A stretch of 64,000 bases of DNA from Gekko japonicus (Eukaryota), in NCBI RefSeq assembly GCF_001447785.1, contig NW_015168111.1, positions 100,354 through 164,353 on the forward strand, written 5' to 3'. The position numbers and the translations under genes were made by a program. Below the pieces are notes generated by a model, which saw only the letters and a list, made by a program, of their open reading frames with translations, was not told the DNA's origin and did not search any database. Position 1 is the stretch's first letter, and each line of letters starts with the position of its first letter. This document shows, piece by piece, positions 33,547-45,074 of this stretch.

Positions 33547-34247
33547 ACTTCCAGGTAATTGGCACCCCTTATTTATCACCTCCCATCCATTGCTCAAAGC
33601 AGCCTAACATCTGATCTACACAGAATGAGCCATCGAGAAGACAGTTTTACCATCTTTTCATATCCGATTCTTTGTTAAGATGCTAAATCCATCCATTGGT
33701 CGCCCCACCTTGGAATGTCAGGTGTTACCTCCTTATCTTCCTACCAGATTTGTACAGCAGTTACTTTCAAGCTACCCAGTCAAATTCAAACTTCATTTCT
33801 TGGGCAAATGCCAATCCTGGGAAAGTGGGGTTTCATGTCTAGACATGGGGCTGTTCCCCATATAAGGACCAGCCTAGGTCAGTGAAATGTGCACCAGGTT
33901 CTCCTATTACCTGGATACTCCTGCAACTGCTTCACAAGGGTACTCTCTCTGTCTCCCCCTCAATACTCTTCCGTCTGGGACTTCTCCTGCAAAGACTTCT
34001 CACAATTCTCAACCTCTCGTACACCTTGGATCAGGTAGTATCACCCATCTGAATGTCCTTCCTTTTGTCTCCTTGTCTCATCCCTCATCCTTCTCCCACC
34101 CTAAGGAACAATGTGGATATGCCTCCTATGAAAAGTCTGTGTGACGACAGCAGTTCAATACTTTTCTCCCCCCCCCCTTTTATTTTGTTTTCCTTTCTGC
34201 AAAGGAAAACATAGCAATAGTAATTAACTGGATAATAAGGAGAATGT

Positions 34248-34575
34248 GGTTAAGACGCTGAACTGCAGGCTGTGGAAGGTCAGTAGTTCAGAAGTTTGAG
34301 ACCCAGGTGCCTCATGACGGAGTGAGCTCCCATCTCTAGTTCCAGCTCCTGCCAACCTAGCAGTTCGAAAGCAAGAAATTGCAAGTAGATAAATAGGTAC
34401 CACTTTGGTGGGAAGGTAACAGCGTTCCGTGCACCTTGGTGTTTAGTCATGCCACCCACATGACCACGGAAACGTCTTCGGACAGCCCTGTCTCTTCGGC
34501 TTTGAAACGGCGATGAGCACCGCAACCCTAGAGTCGGATTCGACTGGCTTTCGAGCAAGGGAACCTTTACCCTTT
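34248..34575 (+). mobile_element. Sauria SINE
   Basis: CTGCCAACCTAGCAGTTCGAAAGCA...GTAGATAAATAGGTACCAC core, ACCTTTACC tail, 12-bp TSD TAAGGAGAATGT. Confidence 0.93.
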
Positions 34576-34882
34576 TAAGGAGAATGTAAACTTGTGATTT
34601 GATGTGCAAGATGTCATAGTTCTTCAGTACTGACCCTGTTCATCATGAATCTTCTCAAGATGACCAGTTGGAAGTGACACTGCAGTACTCCAACCACAGT
34701 ACTCCTTAACCATACTAGAAGCTGTATGCTTAAGATATGGCTGGCATTTTTCTTGTTCCCTAAACCCTTCAGAATTATTGTGTTTCTAAGTGTGACTTTT
34801 CCCACTCTAACATTGCAGGAACACCAGAGCAAGAAAAAAAATTAACTATGTCCCTTCTTGACTTTTCAGCAATTACACAGGA

Positions 34883-35836
34883 ATGACCTGGGCAAACAAC
34901 AGTATTGTCACTGAGTTTATTTTGTTTGGATTTTCTGATCTTCTTCAGCTGCAGCTTCTGCTTTTTGTGATATTTCTGATTATGTATTTTGCCATGCTGT
35001 TGGGAAACATCTTCATCGTCTTACTCACAACCACAGATCCAGCTCTTCAAAACCCCATGTATTTCTTTCTCAGGAATCTCTCCCTTTTAGAGCTATGTCT
35101 CACTTTAGTTATTGTCCCTAAAATGCTGGTGAATCTCCTGTCAGAGAACAAAGCCATCTCCTTTCCTGGTTGTGCAATGCAGATGTTTTTCTTCTTTTTC
35201 TTTGGAAGCACAGAGTGTTTTCTCTTAGCTACCATGGCTTATGACCGCTATGCAGCCATATGCAACCCCCTGCATTATACTGTAATTATGAACAAGAGGT
35301 TTTGTGTCCAGCTGGCTCTGTTCTCTTGGTTCTCAGGAATCCCAGTGGGGACAGTCCAGACAACATGGCTGTTTAGTTTCCCATTCTGTGGCCCTAATGA
35401 GGTAAATCACTTTTTCTGTGACAGCCCACCAGTACTAAAATTGGTATGTGGAGATACGTATCTGTTTGAGATATATGCAATCACTGGAACTATTTTAGTA
35501 GTACTCTCTCCATTTATGCTCATTCTGGTCTCCTATGCCCGCATCATCGTCACCATCTTGAGGATGCCCTCAGTTACAGGCAGGCACAAGGCCTTCTCCA
35601 CTTGCTCCTCACATCTGATTGTGGTGACTTTGTTCTACGGCACAATTGGACTCACATATTTCCGACCAAAATCCAGTTATTCTGCAAACACCAAGAAGTT
35701 ACTGTCATTATTTTACACAGTCTTCACCCCCATGCTGAATCCCATCATCTACAGCTTGAGGAACAAGGAAGTGAAAGGAGCCATGAGGCGATTGTGGCAC
35801 AAAAAAAATCAGTGCAATTGCAGCTGTGAGCCATGA
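34883..35836 (+). CDS. Olfactory receptor, family 10A (OR10A2/5-like), 317 aa
   Basis: NNS site, PMYFFLRNLS, MAYDRYAAIC, TVQTTWLFSFPFC, HFFCDSPPVLKLVC, FEIYAITGTILVV, KAFSTCSSH, PMLNPIIYSLRN. Confidence 0.97.
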   Translation: MTWANNSIVTEFILFGFSDLLQLQLLLFVIFLIMYFAMLLGNIFIVLLTTTDPALQNPMYFFLRNLSLLELCLTLVIVPKMLVNLLSENKAISFPGCAMQMFFFFFFGSTECFLLATMAYDRYAAICNPLHYTVIMNKRFCVQLALFSWFSGIPVGTVQTTWLFSFPFCGPNEVNHFFCDSPPVLKLVCGDTYLFEIYAITGTILVVLSPFMLILVSYARIIVTILRMPSVTGRHKAFSTCSSHLIVVTLFYGTIGLTYFRPKSSYSANTKKLLSLFYTVFTPMLNPIIYSLRNKEVKGAMRRLWHKKNQCNCSCEP

Positions 35837-35968
35837 AAGAGTATGAGGACCCTGTTTGTGTGGAAAGGTGGCACAGAAATGTTTTAAATAAAATGAAGTA
35901 ATACATAATGCCTGAGAGGATTATAGAGATTCATCAGTTTCTTAAGGAATTATGCTGCAGTATAGTTG

Positions 35969-36133
35969 CCCTGGATAGTCCATGGTAGTCCGATCTCATC
36001 AAATCTTGGAAGCTAAGCAGGGCTGACCCTGGCTATGCAGAGGCAGGCCATGGCCAACCACCTCTGAACGTCTCTTGCCTTGAAAACCCCACGGGGTCAC
36101 TAGTGTGACTTGATGGCACTTTCCACCACCACC
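35969..36133 (+). mobile_element. 5S-derived SINE (internal deletion)
   Basis: CCGATCTCATCAAATCTTGGAAGCTAAGCAGGG (5S A-box region); tail GACTTGATGGCACTTTCCACCACC. Confidence 0.85.
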
Positions 36134-36281
36134 CTTTCTTCAGCTGCTTGTTTTTAATACAGCTCATTGGAATTAAAGCTTTGACTTTCCTGTAACTCTC
36201 TCTGATTTGAAAATACCAGCTAAAAGTCAGGTATGAAGTTTGGCTTTTTTTAAACTGGTACTGCCTTGAAGAGTGAACAGG

Positions 36282-36487
36282 GAAAGTACCATCGAGTCAT
36301 AACCAGCTTAAGGCAACCTTGTAGGTTTTTCAAGGCAAGAGATGTTCAGAGGTGTTTACCGATGCCTGTTTCTGCACAGCAACTCTGGACTTTCTTGGTG
36401 GGCTCCCATCCAAGTACTAAACAGTGATGGATCTGTTTAGCTTACAAGATCTGATGAGATTAGACTAGCCTGGGCCACGCAGGTCAG
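36282..36487 (-). mobile_element. 5S-derived SINE
   Basis: CTCCCATCCAAGTACTAA is the reverse complement of 5S TTAGTACTTGGATGGGAG. Confidence 0.85.
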
Positions 36488-39177
36488 GTTTTGAAGAAAG
36501 TAGTGAATAGACGATATTTGAAAATCTTGAGATCCTTAAGCAACAGTTAGTTCTGAGGATCTAAGTTGGTATCCAGGGTAACTGAAGAAGCCCTTCTGTG
36601 ATCACAAGTCTCTTTTAATTTCAGGACATCTTTTGAATCAATAGCATTGTCAGATGGCATCCAACAAGTCATGTATTTATTTATTTATTTATAACTAGAT
36701 CTTTTTATTAGAAACAAACAAAAAGAGAGTGATGCATTCATTTTTTTTTAAAAAAAATCCTGTATGGTACAAAATGATTCCATCTGGCAATGAAAGTACA
36801 AAGAGGAAATATCCCCAACTTTTTTCAAATAATAGTAAATTCCTGCTACCTATTGTCTTCTGAAAGAAAACATACTGTACCATTAAAAATGAATGGGGAC
36901 ATCAGGAAACCTTCCTGTTTACAGGCAAAAGGAATCAGATAACATGGGCTCTTGGTTGGTTGGAGCCCAAAGAGCCATTATGCATATGGTGGGAGCTGGA
37001 TGCAACCCCTGTCTTCTCAATCCAAGCTTACTTAGAATGTGGGGAGATATTAAATCACACCATGCTTTTGATTTCAGGTGTAGTAGCACTCCACAGTTTT
37101 AACACAAACATATGGTGGGTCAGAAGGTTGTCAGTTCTCTTATGCTGGTACAGAGAATGAAAATGATTCAGCAATGGAAAGCAGCTCATCTCCACAAGGC
37201 CAAAATATTGTTAATGTTCAAAGGATTATTTCGTGCCAGGAGGCATTGTGGAATTATGTTCTGTTGTCCCACATGGATTGAATCAAAACATGGGTCTTAC
37301 CTGTTTTTATAAGAATGTAACACATTAGATGTAATGTCATGCTAATTTGTATTGATTTCATGCTGAATGGTTAATGGTAGCACATATCTCTTTAAATGTG
37401 GAATATGATGAAATGATTGCACACACCTGCAGGAAACCAATTCAGCATTTTAAATGTGATGGGTGATCAGATTGTCTCAGAGAACTGCACCTCTGGAACT
37501 GTCAATCTTGGAAGGCTTTTTCAGCCATTTATTGAGGGTGAGAATAAACAATGGGTAGGTATTTTAATTGGAATGGGATATAGTCAATTTTATATATTTT
37601 TTTTGATCATTGGTTGGTTTCCTGTTGGGGGACATTTCCACGTTGAGAATGTTTTTTGTATTTGTTAGTTCCAGTGTAAGAATGTAACACCATTCAAGAA
37701 GCTGTTGTATACTGTGAAGCTATTCTTACTTTGAAAAGAGGGACATTTGAAATGATCTTGTAAGTTGGCCTGCTTGTCAGCTGGAACAGCTGGAACTTGG
37801 GGAATCTTGTGCTGGAACTTTGGAAACTTTTGGGAGGCATTCTACCCAGTTGAACTTTATGAAGATTGTTTATGAGGATACCATCAACAGTCATTTCGGA
37901 CACATACCTTTATGAAAAAGTTCTGCTACTATATTTTGTGGCTTGTATTTGAAAGGTTGAATGTGCATCATGTTCTTTTTTGATGGCATTATAGACTTTA
38001 AAGTAATTGTTGTAAGTTCATGTATTGTTGATTAGATGATACAACACATACTGGAATATTGACAATTTATTTATTTATTATACATAGTTCATATTCACTA
38101 ATTATTGTCACAGGGGTTGTAGGGTTGTGGGCTTTTTTGTTTGTTTTTTGGGGGGGTTTGGTAGTGCTATAATCATGCTTCTGTCTTTTTATTGCTTATC
38201 TCCCAAATGTAAGCAGGCAGAATAAAAATGGAGGGTTTTTTCATGGAAAAAATCCACCAAAGAAAAGAAGCTATCAAACTGAATTAGTCAAACCAGATTA
38301 ACAAGTAATAGCCCTCTAAAGGTGGAAATACATGTCTCACAGATACAAGAACTCCCATGTCTCAAGATCCTTCAAGGAGGTGTTATTACCTAGCTATATA
38401 TTTCTATATCATTATTGTAAAACATAATGTTGATTATTGGGGCAGATGGGAGGAATGGCTCTGGTAAAGGATCCTGTTCCCTGCCCACTCTGACCCTGCA
38501 CCCCCAAGGGTGGGGGGAGCGCCTGCTCAGCCAGCTCAGAGCAAGAGGTGCCTGACCATGGCAGCTGGGCAAGGAGAGGCCAACAGCCCTCTCTTTCACT
38601 GCAGCAAGATAAGGCTGGGTGGAGCAACCCCATCCCATCCCTCACTGTGGCAAGCCTGGGTGTGATGGTTTCTCCCTGCAGCTAGGTCAGTTGACCCCAT
38701 CTCTTTCCACAGTGAGGTTGGGCAATACAGCCCCATTTCTCAGAGCACTGGGGTAACCCTTTCCTTCTTTTTACACTAGGGTGGTCCTGGACAAGGGTAG
38801 CCCTTGGGACCAAATGGCCCCAGTGTGTGTTAGGGGGCAGCCCACAAGCCTATTGGGACTCTTCCTGGTAGCCTTAATGGCAAACTCCTGCTGATTGTAG
38901 TGGTGATTTCTATTAGACATGGCAAATAAAATAGAATTGCAGTGCCTCCTGAAAATATCTAGAGAGTGTCCACCTCACCTCCTCATTTTATTGAATGTGC
39001 ACTAGGGCATCTTTGGCTATGTCCACCATACAAAGATGGACCTAAAAAAGGAAACATTCCATTCCAGAAATCTCTGACCAGAAACAGTGCCACAAAGCTG
39101 TTGCTGCTCTTGGAAGTGTACAGGCAACTAATCCTATGAAAATAAGGCTGTATGTGAGTGACCTGGGACCACTTAAG

Positions 39178-39643
39178 GGCTGTGACAGCAGCCATGAAAT
39201 TAAAAGACGCCTGCTCCTTGGGAGGAAAGTGATGGCGAACCTAAACAGCATGATAAAAAGTAGAGACATCCCCCTGCCAACAAAAGTCCGCATGGTCAAA
39301 GCAATGGTGTTCCCAGTAGTCATGTATGGCTGCGAGAGTTGGACTATAAGGAAGGCCAAGCGCCGAAGAATAGATTCTTTTGAACTATGAAACTGAAGCT
39401 CAAATACTTTGGCCACCAAATGAGAAGGGAGCACTCACTGGAGAAGACCCTGATGCTGGGAAAGATTGAAGGTCAAAGAAGACGGGGATTGCAAAGGATG
39501 AGATGGTTAGACAGTGTCATAGATGCAATGAACATGAAACTGAGCAAACTTCAGAGGACGGCTGAAGAGAGGAGGGCCTGGCGTGATCTTGTCCATGGGG
39601 TTGCGAAGAGTCAGACTCGACTGTGCGACTGAACAACAACAAA
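39178..39643 (+). mobile_element. BovB (RTE) LINE 3' fragment with internal deletion
   Basis: DSSHEIKRRLLLGRKVMANL...KAMVFPVVMYGCESWTI...RRIDSFEL / LKLKYFGH...SLEKTLMLGKIEG.RRRG.QRMRWLD...VHGVAKSQTRL, then CTGAA(CAA)n tail. Confidence 0.95.
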
Positions 39644-40507
39644 CTCCCAAATGAATTTACTCCTCAAAATGATGGCAGAGTCCTTCTCAGTAAACTTCAA
39701 AATTTAGAGAACTGGGTACCAAAGAGGTAGAAATGTTGGATGAGAACACTTTTAATAAATAAGTAGTAAATAACTCTAGACATAGATTATTTATTCATTT
39801 TCCACCTTTCTTGCAGAGACTCAATGCAATTTGCAATTTTTAAATGCAATCAGATAGTATAAGACAGGACAAATGATGCATCCCCCCTATACTATAGAAA
39901 TTAGATACATGACAGTGAAGATAATATATACAGTAAACAGTACAATAAGTTACAGCCCTTTATAGAAGCATCATCTTGAAGAATCCATTTTACTTCATGA
40001 TACAGTATCATCAATCCTCTCTTATGGCCAGGGGACCAGAACAGGAGAAATAGCCTCACTGTACCAATATCCTAAAGTAAGGAGCAACCCTAAACAAGTC
40101 TACTCAGAAGTAAGCCCAATGTTTGTCAATGGTGCATACTCCCAGGAGGCTGTTTTTAGTTTTACACTGAATCTCAGGATCTTAAAACTGTGCATGTAAT
40201 TATTGATTCTATTCTTTCTGAAAGGTAAATAATAGCTTAACAAGCTATTTCACAATTATTGTTAATGGCTCCAGGGAGGTAGTGAATGAGGACAATCAAA
40301 TCCCCAAAGTGACTAAAGGCAAATGATATAATGAAACTGAGTCATCAATGCAAAATCTTTCCCCATCAAAGTGGCTCTTCTATGCCTTCAGAGGTAGGTG
40401 AATCATTTATTCATCTTTCTTTGCCCAAACCCTGCCATTTAGCCTGGAGGGTGAAATGGAATAGATTCGGTTTACAGAGAGGCTATGTCATTGCATCAAA
40501 TCCTGAT

Positions 40508-40900
40508 TAGGGATGGGCATGAACTGGTTTACGAGCCAAAATTTGGCTCGTACTTAGCCCGGTTTGGAGCATCCACACTGATGTTTGGAGTAAGCACCTT
40601 CCCTGAACATTTACCAGACTTTTGTCCAGTTCAGTTTGGCTGCTCAGGCTATTTAAACCTAATAGCTGAGTGACACAGGTCTGCAGCTCACCTGTTAGGT
40701 TTAAATGGCTGCGAGCCATTTCACTAGTCGGTTTTGCTTCCCCCACCTTTGAAGCGAGGGAAAACAAAATGGACGGTGGAAATGACTGCCAGCAATTTCA
40801 GCCTAACAGTGAATGGGTGCACCCACTTCAAAGCAGGGGAAAATGAAACAGATGACTGCCAACCATTTAACACTTCCCGGGTCATCCTCCTGTTTCTTCT
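40508..40900 (+). mobile_element. hAT-like element, left part
   Basis: TAGGGATGGGCA terminus followed by GGTTT/GTTTGG subterminal repeats; right boundary uncertain. Confidence 0.4.
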
Positions 40901-42212
40901 GGCTGCAGCAAGTTCAACAGGAGCTCTAGTAAGGAATGGTATTGGGTAAGATTGAGAGGAAAATATGGCTGTAGCCTAATGTTCATTCTGTAGCATGGTA
41001 TATGGACTGAAGTGTGGGCTCCCTCTGGAGGGCTCAAAATCTATACTAGTGCGTATGACAAAGAATGGAGGAAAAGATCAAAGATGGGCAAATGAGTAAG
41101 CTCTAGTCAGTGCCTGCAGCAGAATTAGATAAGAATCTGGTACAGTTCTAGGGGAAGGAAGAATGGATGATAATACCTCGGCAGCTGTGTAACTATCTGT
41201 CCTGGTATCCACCCTCAGCATTCTAATGCATTCTGGTGCATGTGTAGCATTGGAAGCTAAGAAAAGCCACATGACTGTAGAAGTGGTAGCAAAGTGAGTC
41301 TGGGAGAGGTGTTGCTAAATACTTGGGTCATCTAGAAGAAGGATAAAAAAAGAAGGGTGCAAAAGCACCTACAGTAATGTGGATTTATCACAAGTGAGAT
41401 TGTGCAAAGCAGGCTACATAGGAAAAAGGAAAGAGCTAATGAGAATGACAAACAGCTGTCAGTAGGAAGGCTGAAATGGATTTGTAGATCAAGAAGGTGA
41501 AGAGTTATACAGAGATTTTTTGACATATTTATGCTGTCTGGGGAGATACTCCATATTGGGAGGGGAAATGAATTCACACATGCACATGCATATTACCTAG
41601 AAGCCATCTAAAACCAGAAGCACTAAGAATATAATGAATTAAGGTCTAATAAACACCCCATATCATTTTATTTAAAACTGAAAGATAATCTCAGCAGTGG
41701 AATGGCAAATTGATCATTGTGTTAACTCCTTCTCCTGCCACTGTTTCTCCACTCAAAAATGGCATACCTATTTTTTTAAAAAATCCATAGAGAAAGAACA
41801 GTAGGGTCTGAGACACCTTTTTCACTCTATTTCACCAAATTCTGTTCATTTCTGCATCCTCAATCCCACATGATTTTTGTTCATGCAGTTCCCATAGTCC
41901 CTAGCATTGCCTTTTCCAGTGATCAAAGGGGACATCCTCTCATCTTTCTCATTGCCATAGAGGTTGTTTGGATTCATCCCCATATTTTTTACCCTATAGG
42001 TGGTGGAGGAACTGGGGTGAAATGCATTGGGGAAATGACAGGAAAGGAAAATAATAAACATACACTCTTTTCAGTTAAAAAAAAATCAGCAAACAACTCA
42101 TGTTTTGCCTCCATATCATATGGTTTGATCTCTGGGAGAAGATGTTCAAAAGCACAGCACCCCCACAACATGAAGTTTCTCTTATATTTTTTGCGCATAG
42201 TAACCATTTAAC

Positions 42213-42549
42213 TGGAGCTGCAGTGGCTCAAGTGTTAAGACACTGAACTGCAGGCTGTGGAAGGTCAGTAGTTCAGCAGTTCAAGACCCGTGTTGCCGCA
42301 TGACAGAGTGAGCTCCCGTCTCTAGTTCCAGCTACTGCCAACCTAGCAGTTCGAAAGCAAGAAATTGCAAGTAGATAAATAGGTACCACTTCAGTGGGAA
42401 GGTAACAGCATTCCATGCGCCTTGGTGTTTAGTCATGCCGGCCACATGACGTCTTCGGACAGCGCTGGCTCTTCGGCTTTGAAATGGAGATGAGCACCGC
42501 TACCCTAGACTCGGACTCGACTGGCTTTCGAGCAAGGGAACCTTTACCT
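42213..42549 (+). mobile_element. Sauria SINE, full length
   Basis: tRNA head GGAGCTGCAGTGGCTCAAGTGTTAAG, family core, ACCTTTACC tail; 12-bp TSD TAACCATTTAAC. Confidence 0.95.
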
Positions 42550-42799
42550 TAACCATTTAACCACACATTTGAGTTCAATTTATAGCTAGGGGGAATGCTT
42601 AAAACCTGTCACCAGTAAGTCTAAAACACCTGACCCTCCAAAGAATCCTTAAACAGATGAAGTGTGAGAATTATGGCATGCAGGATAGCAAAGAAAAATG
42701 TTGCCATGGAAATGGCAAGTGGGCAATATTTAGAAATCCACACCATATTTTCTAGTAGATCTGGTACACTAGCATCTGGAGGAGTTCTAATCCAGGTTT

Positions 42800-43200
42800 T
42801 ACTTATGGCTCAGGTTATGGCTCTCTGCAAGCTGAAGCTGGCCATCAACCATGGGAAACTTTGTTAGGCATAATCCAACATATATGTTTAAGAGCCTTTC
42901 TTCTAATTAAAGCCCCAGACCATTGCCTGCATATTGCAAGATCTTTCAAGAAGGTCCATTTGAAGGAGAAAACAATTCCACTGAGGCACACACAGACATT
43001 TCTGTGCTGGGTCTGAGTAGTCTCTCCAGCTGAATATTTCTGTGCTGGGTCTGAGTAGTCTCTCCAGCTGAATATTCTGTGTTTGGATGTCCAAGATGTC
43101 TTTGCTCAGGATTGGTGGGAGTGGGAACAAGTATAATGGTCCTCCCCTGCTTGCAAGCAGGCACTTTCCCCCCATCCCCTATTGTGTTCCTGGTCATACA
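42800..43200 (-). mobile_element. Possible decayed PIF/Harbinger transposase C-terminal region
   Basis: Minus frames give IGDGG...PTPTNPEQRH, SVE, then LDY/PNKVSH...AC../HNLS, resembling LGDSGY...P.NP...E.RYN, VER and LQYSPEK..HII.ACCVLHN. Confidence 0.35.
42998..43082. repeat. 38-bp tandem repeat (2 units plus a partial)
   Basis: ATTTCTGTGCTGGGTCTGAGTAGTCTCTCCAGCTGAAT twice. Confidence 0.95.
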
Positions 43201-45074
43201 GCTGACATTAACAAGCTCTCCACAGTTGGGCAAATGCATGTAGGAGGCATGATGGCTCATTTTCACTCCCCTGTATGCACCTTATCGTGAAGACAGATTC
43301 AGCAGTACAGACAATGTTTATTTTTTAAAGGTTCCTTTTTGTTGTTGCTGTTCTTGTTATGTGATAATATATTGGCAGGCAGGAAAAGTATTGCTGGAAG
43401 GATGAAGATTGGTTTCTGGACATGTGTGTTCACATTTTGCATGGGGATGTAATGGCATTATTACAAAAGTATTGCTGAACCCTAGACAATAATTTTAATA
43501 CATCAACCAATTGTATTTGGAGAAAAATGCCCCTGCAAGTTTAGACCCACTGAAAATTTCCTCTGCCGGAAAGGATATCTGCCAGTGGAGTTCAACTGTT
43601 CCATTTTTCCTCTTTGTGTTGTAGCCCAAAATGTTCTGCAAATCCTATTCCTGGAGGACAGGGGGAAGATGGATGTCTACGGTGGGAAAGGGAATGGGTA
43701 AAAATCACCTCCCTTTCATCCATGGACATTTTAGTAGGCCCAGGCCAAGAATGGATGATACTACCTCGGCAGCTGTGTTTTTAATTAGCATTTAACAAGG
43801 AGTATTGTACTTCTGCAGAGGGCAAGTGAAAAAAATGCACTATACAGCATAAAGAGCTGATGAAATACAGTGATTTCCTTTTTTGATAAATAAAAAAATT
43901 ATGAAGAAGGAAAAAACCTTAACTGAAAAGAAATTATTAATTTGCTCCTACATGTGTTTATCAATTTTAAGTTAACTGGTAACAAACAGCTAACAACTGC
44001 ACACCGGTAAACATTCTGTTCAGCATACTTTATCAAATAAAAAAACACTGTGATAAAAATGACATTGGCATTTAATAAATCCTATGAACATCAATTTGTA
44101 CATTATTACTAAGGAAATTCTAACATTCTCAAGGAAAAGTCCAACATCCTCAATGAGCACTCAGTTATAAACTCATTTCACCAGTCTTCCTCAGGAGTAA
44201 TCCTATTATGTTGGAAGGTGTCAGCCTCTTGATACAGCTTAACTTCTTTTTTACTTTCTTCAAATTATTGCAGCTTAATTTCTTTTTTAATTTCTTCAAA
44301 TTATCTTCTAGTTCCCTTTCAAGTGTTTGAATTAGGAGCAAGCCAGTTAATTAATTTCTAGTAGTAGCAACCGTTCCTCTTTTCTATCTGGCTAAAAGCC
44401 TTCTTTTTTCAAATTGGCTGGTAATTGCTCTCTATCTCACGTTGCTGGCTCAATTGCTCTCTAGTTGTTTATAGGACTGGCATTTCAGTCTTCTTTTCTA
44501 TCCAGCTGGATACTTTATCCCCATAAATACAGACTGATGACAACAGCCATGTGCTGCCAAAGCAGATAGTGCTGAATGTCTATTGCGATATGAAGAAGAT
44601 AAATTTAGAAGTGGAACATTTATGTTATATAGATCCTGTATTGACTCACATTTCATGTATCCATTTAAGATGCTGTTAGTGAAGCAACATAGCGTAGAAG
44701 CATTATGTTTTTAATGGATTTTCCTGCACTTACCATAAAAAGATAATACCTTTCATTAAAAATGTTCTTCGCAAGGGAGTGAATAGATCTCCATCCAACC
44801 CTCCAATATGCTTATTTTTTTTTTGTTTATGTGAAGTATGGGTGCAAGGGATTACTATCACATTGTGGTAGAAGAGAAGGAGAAAAGTAATGAGAAAAAG
44901 ATAAATAGATCCCACCTCTCCATATTGTCCATCTCTGAAATTATTCTTGGTTGGTTACTGTAACATGCATTAACAGAAATGTGGAAGGTGAATAGATAAT
45001 GAAAGGTAGAGGTATGCTGCCACATTTTGGAAAATTGCCAGCACAATAAACCATTTATCATCCCTCCAGACAGT

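Noticed and set aside
34280-34609. Similar 109 and 118 aa ORFs at 34280 and 61696 suggesting a small gene family
   Set aside because: Both are antisense translations of Sauria SINEs.
37400-38080. Possible old LINE 3' remnant (also 7640-8190)
   Set aside because: Only a vague Cys/His pattern and simple-repeat end; too degraded to classify or bound.
44150-44560. Minus-strand K/E-rich coiled-coil-like text
   Set aside because: Many stops and no diagnostic motif; could be an L1 ORF1 or retrocopy relic, but unsupported without a search.
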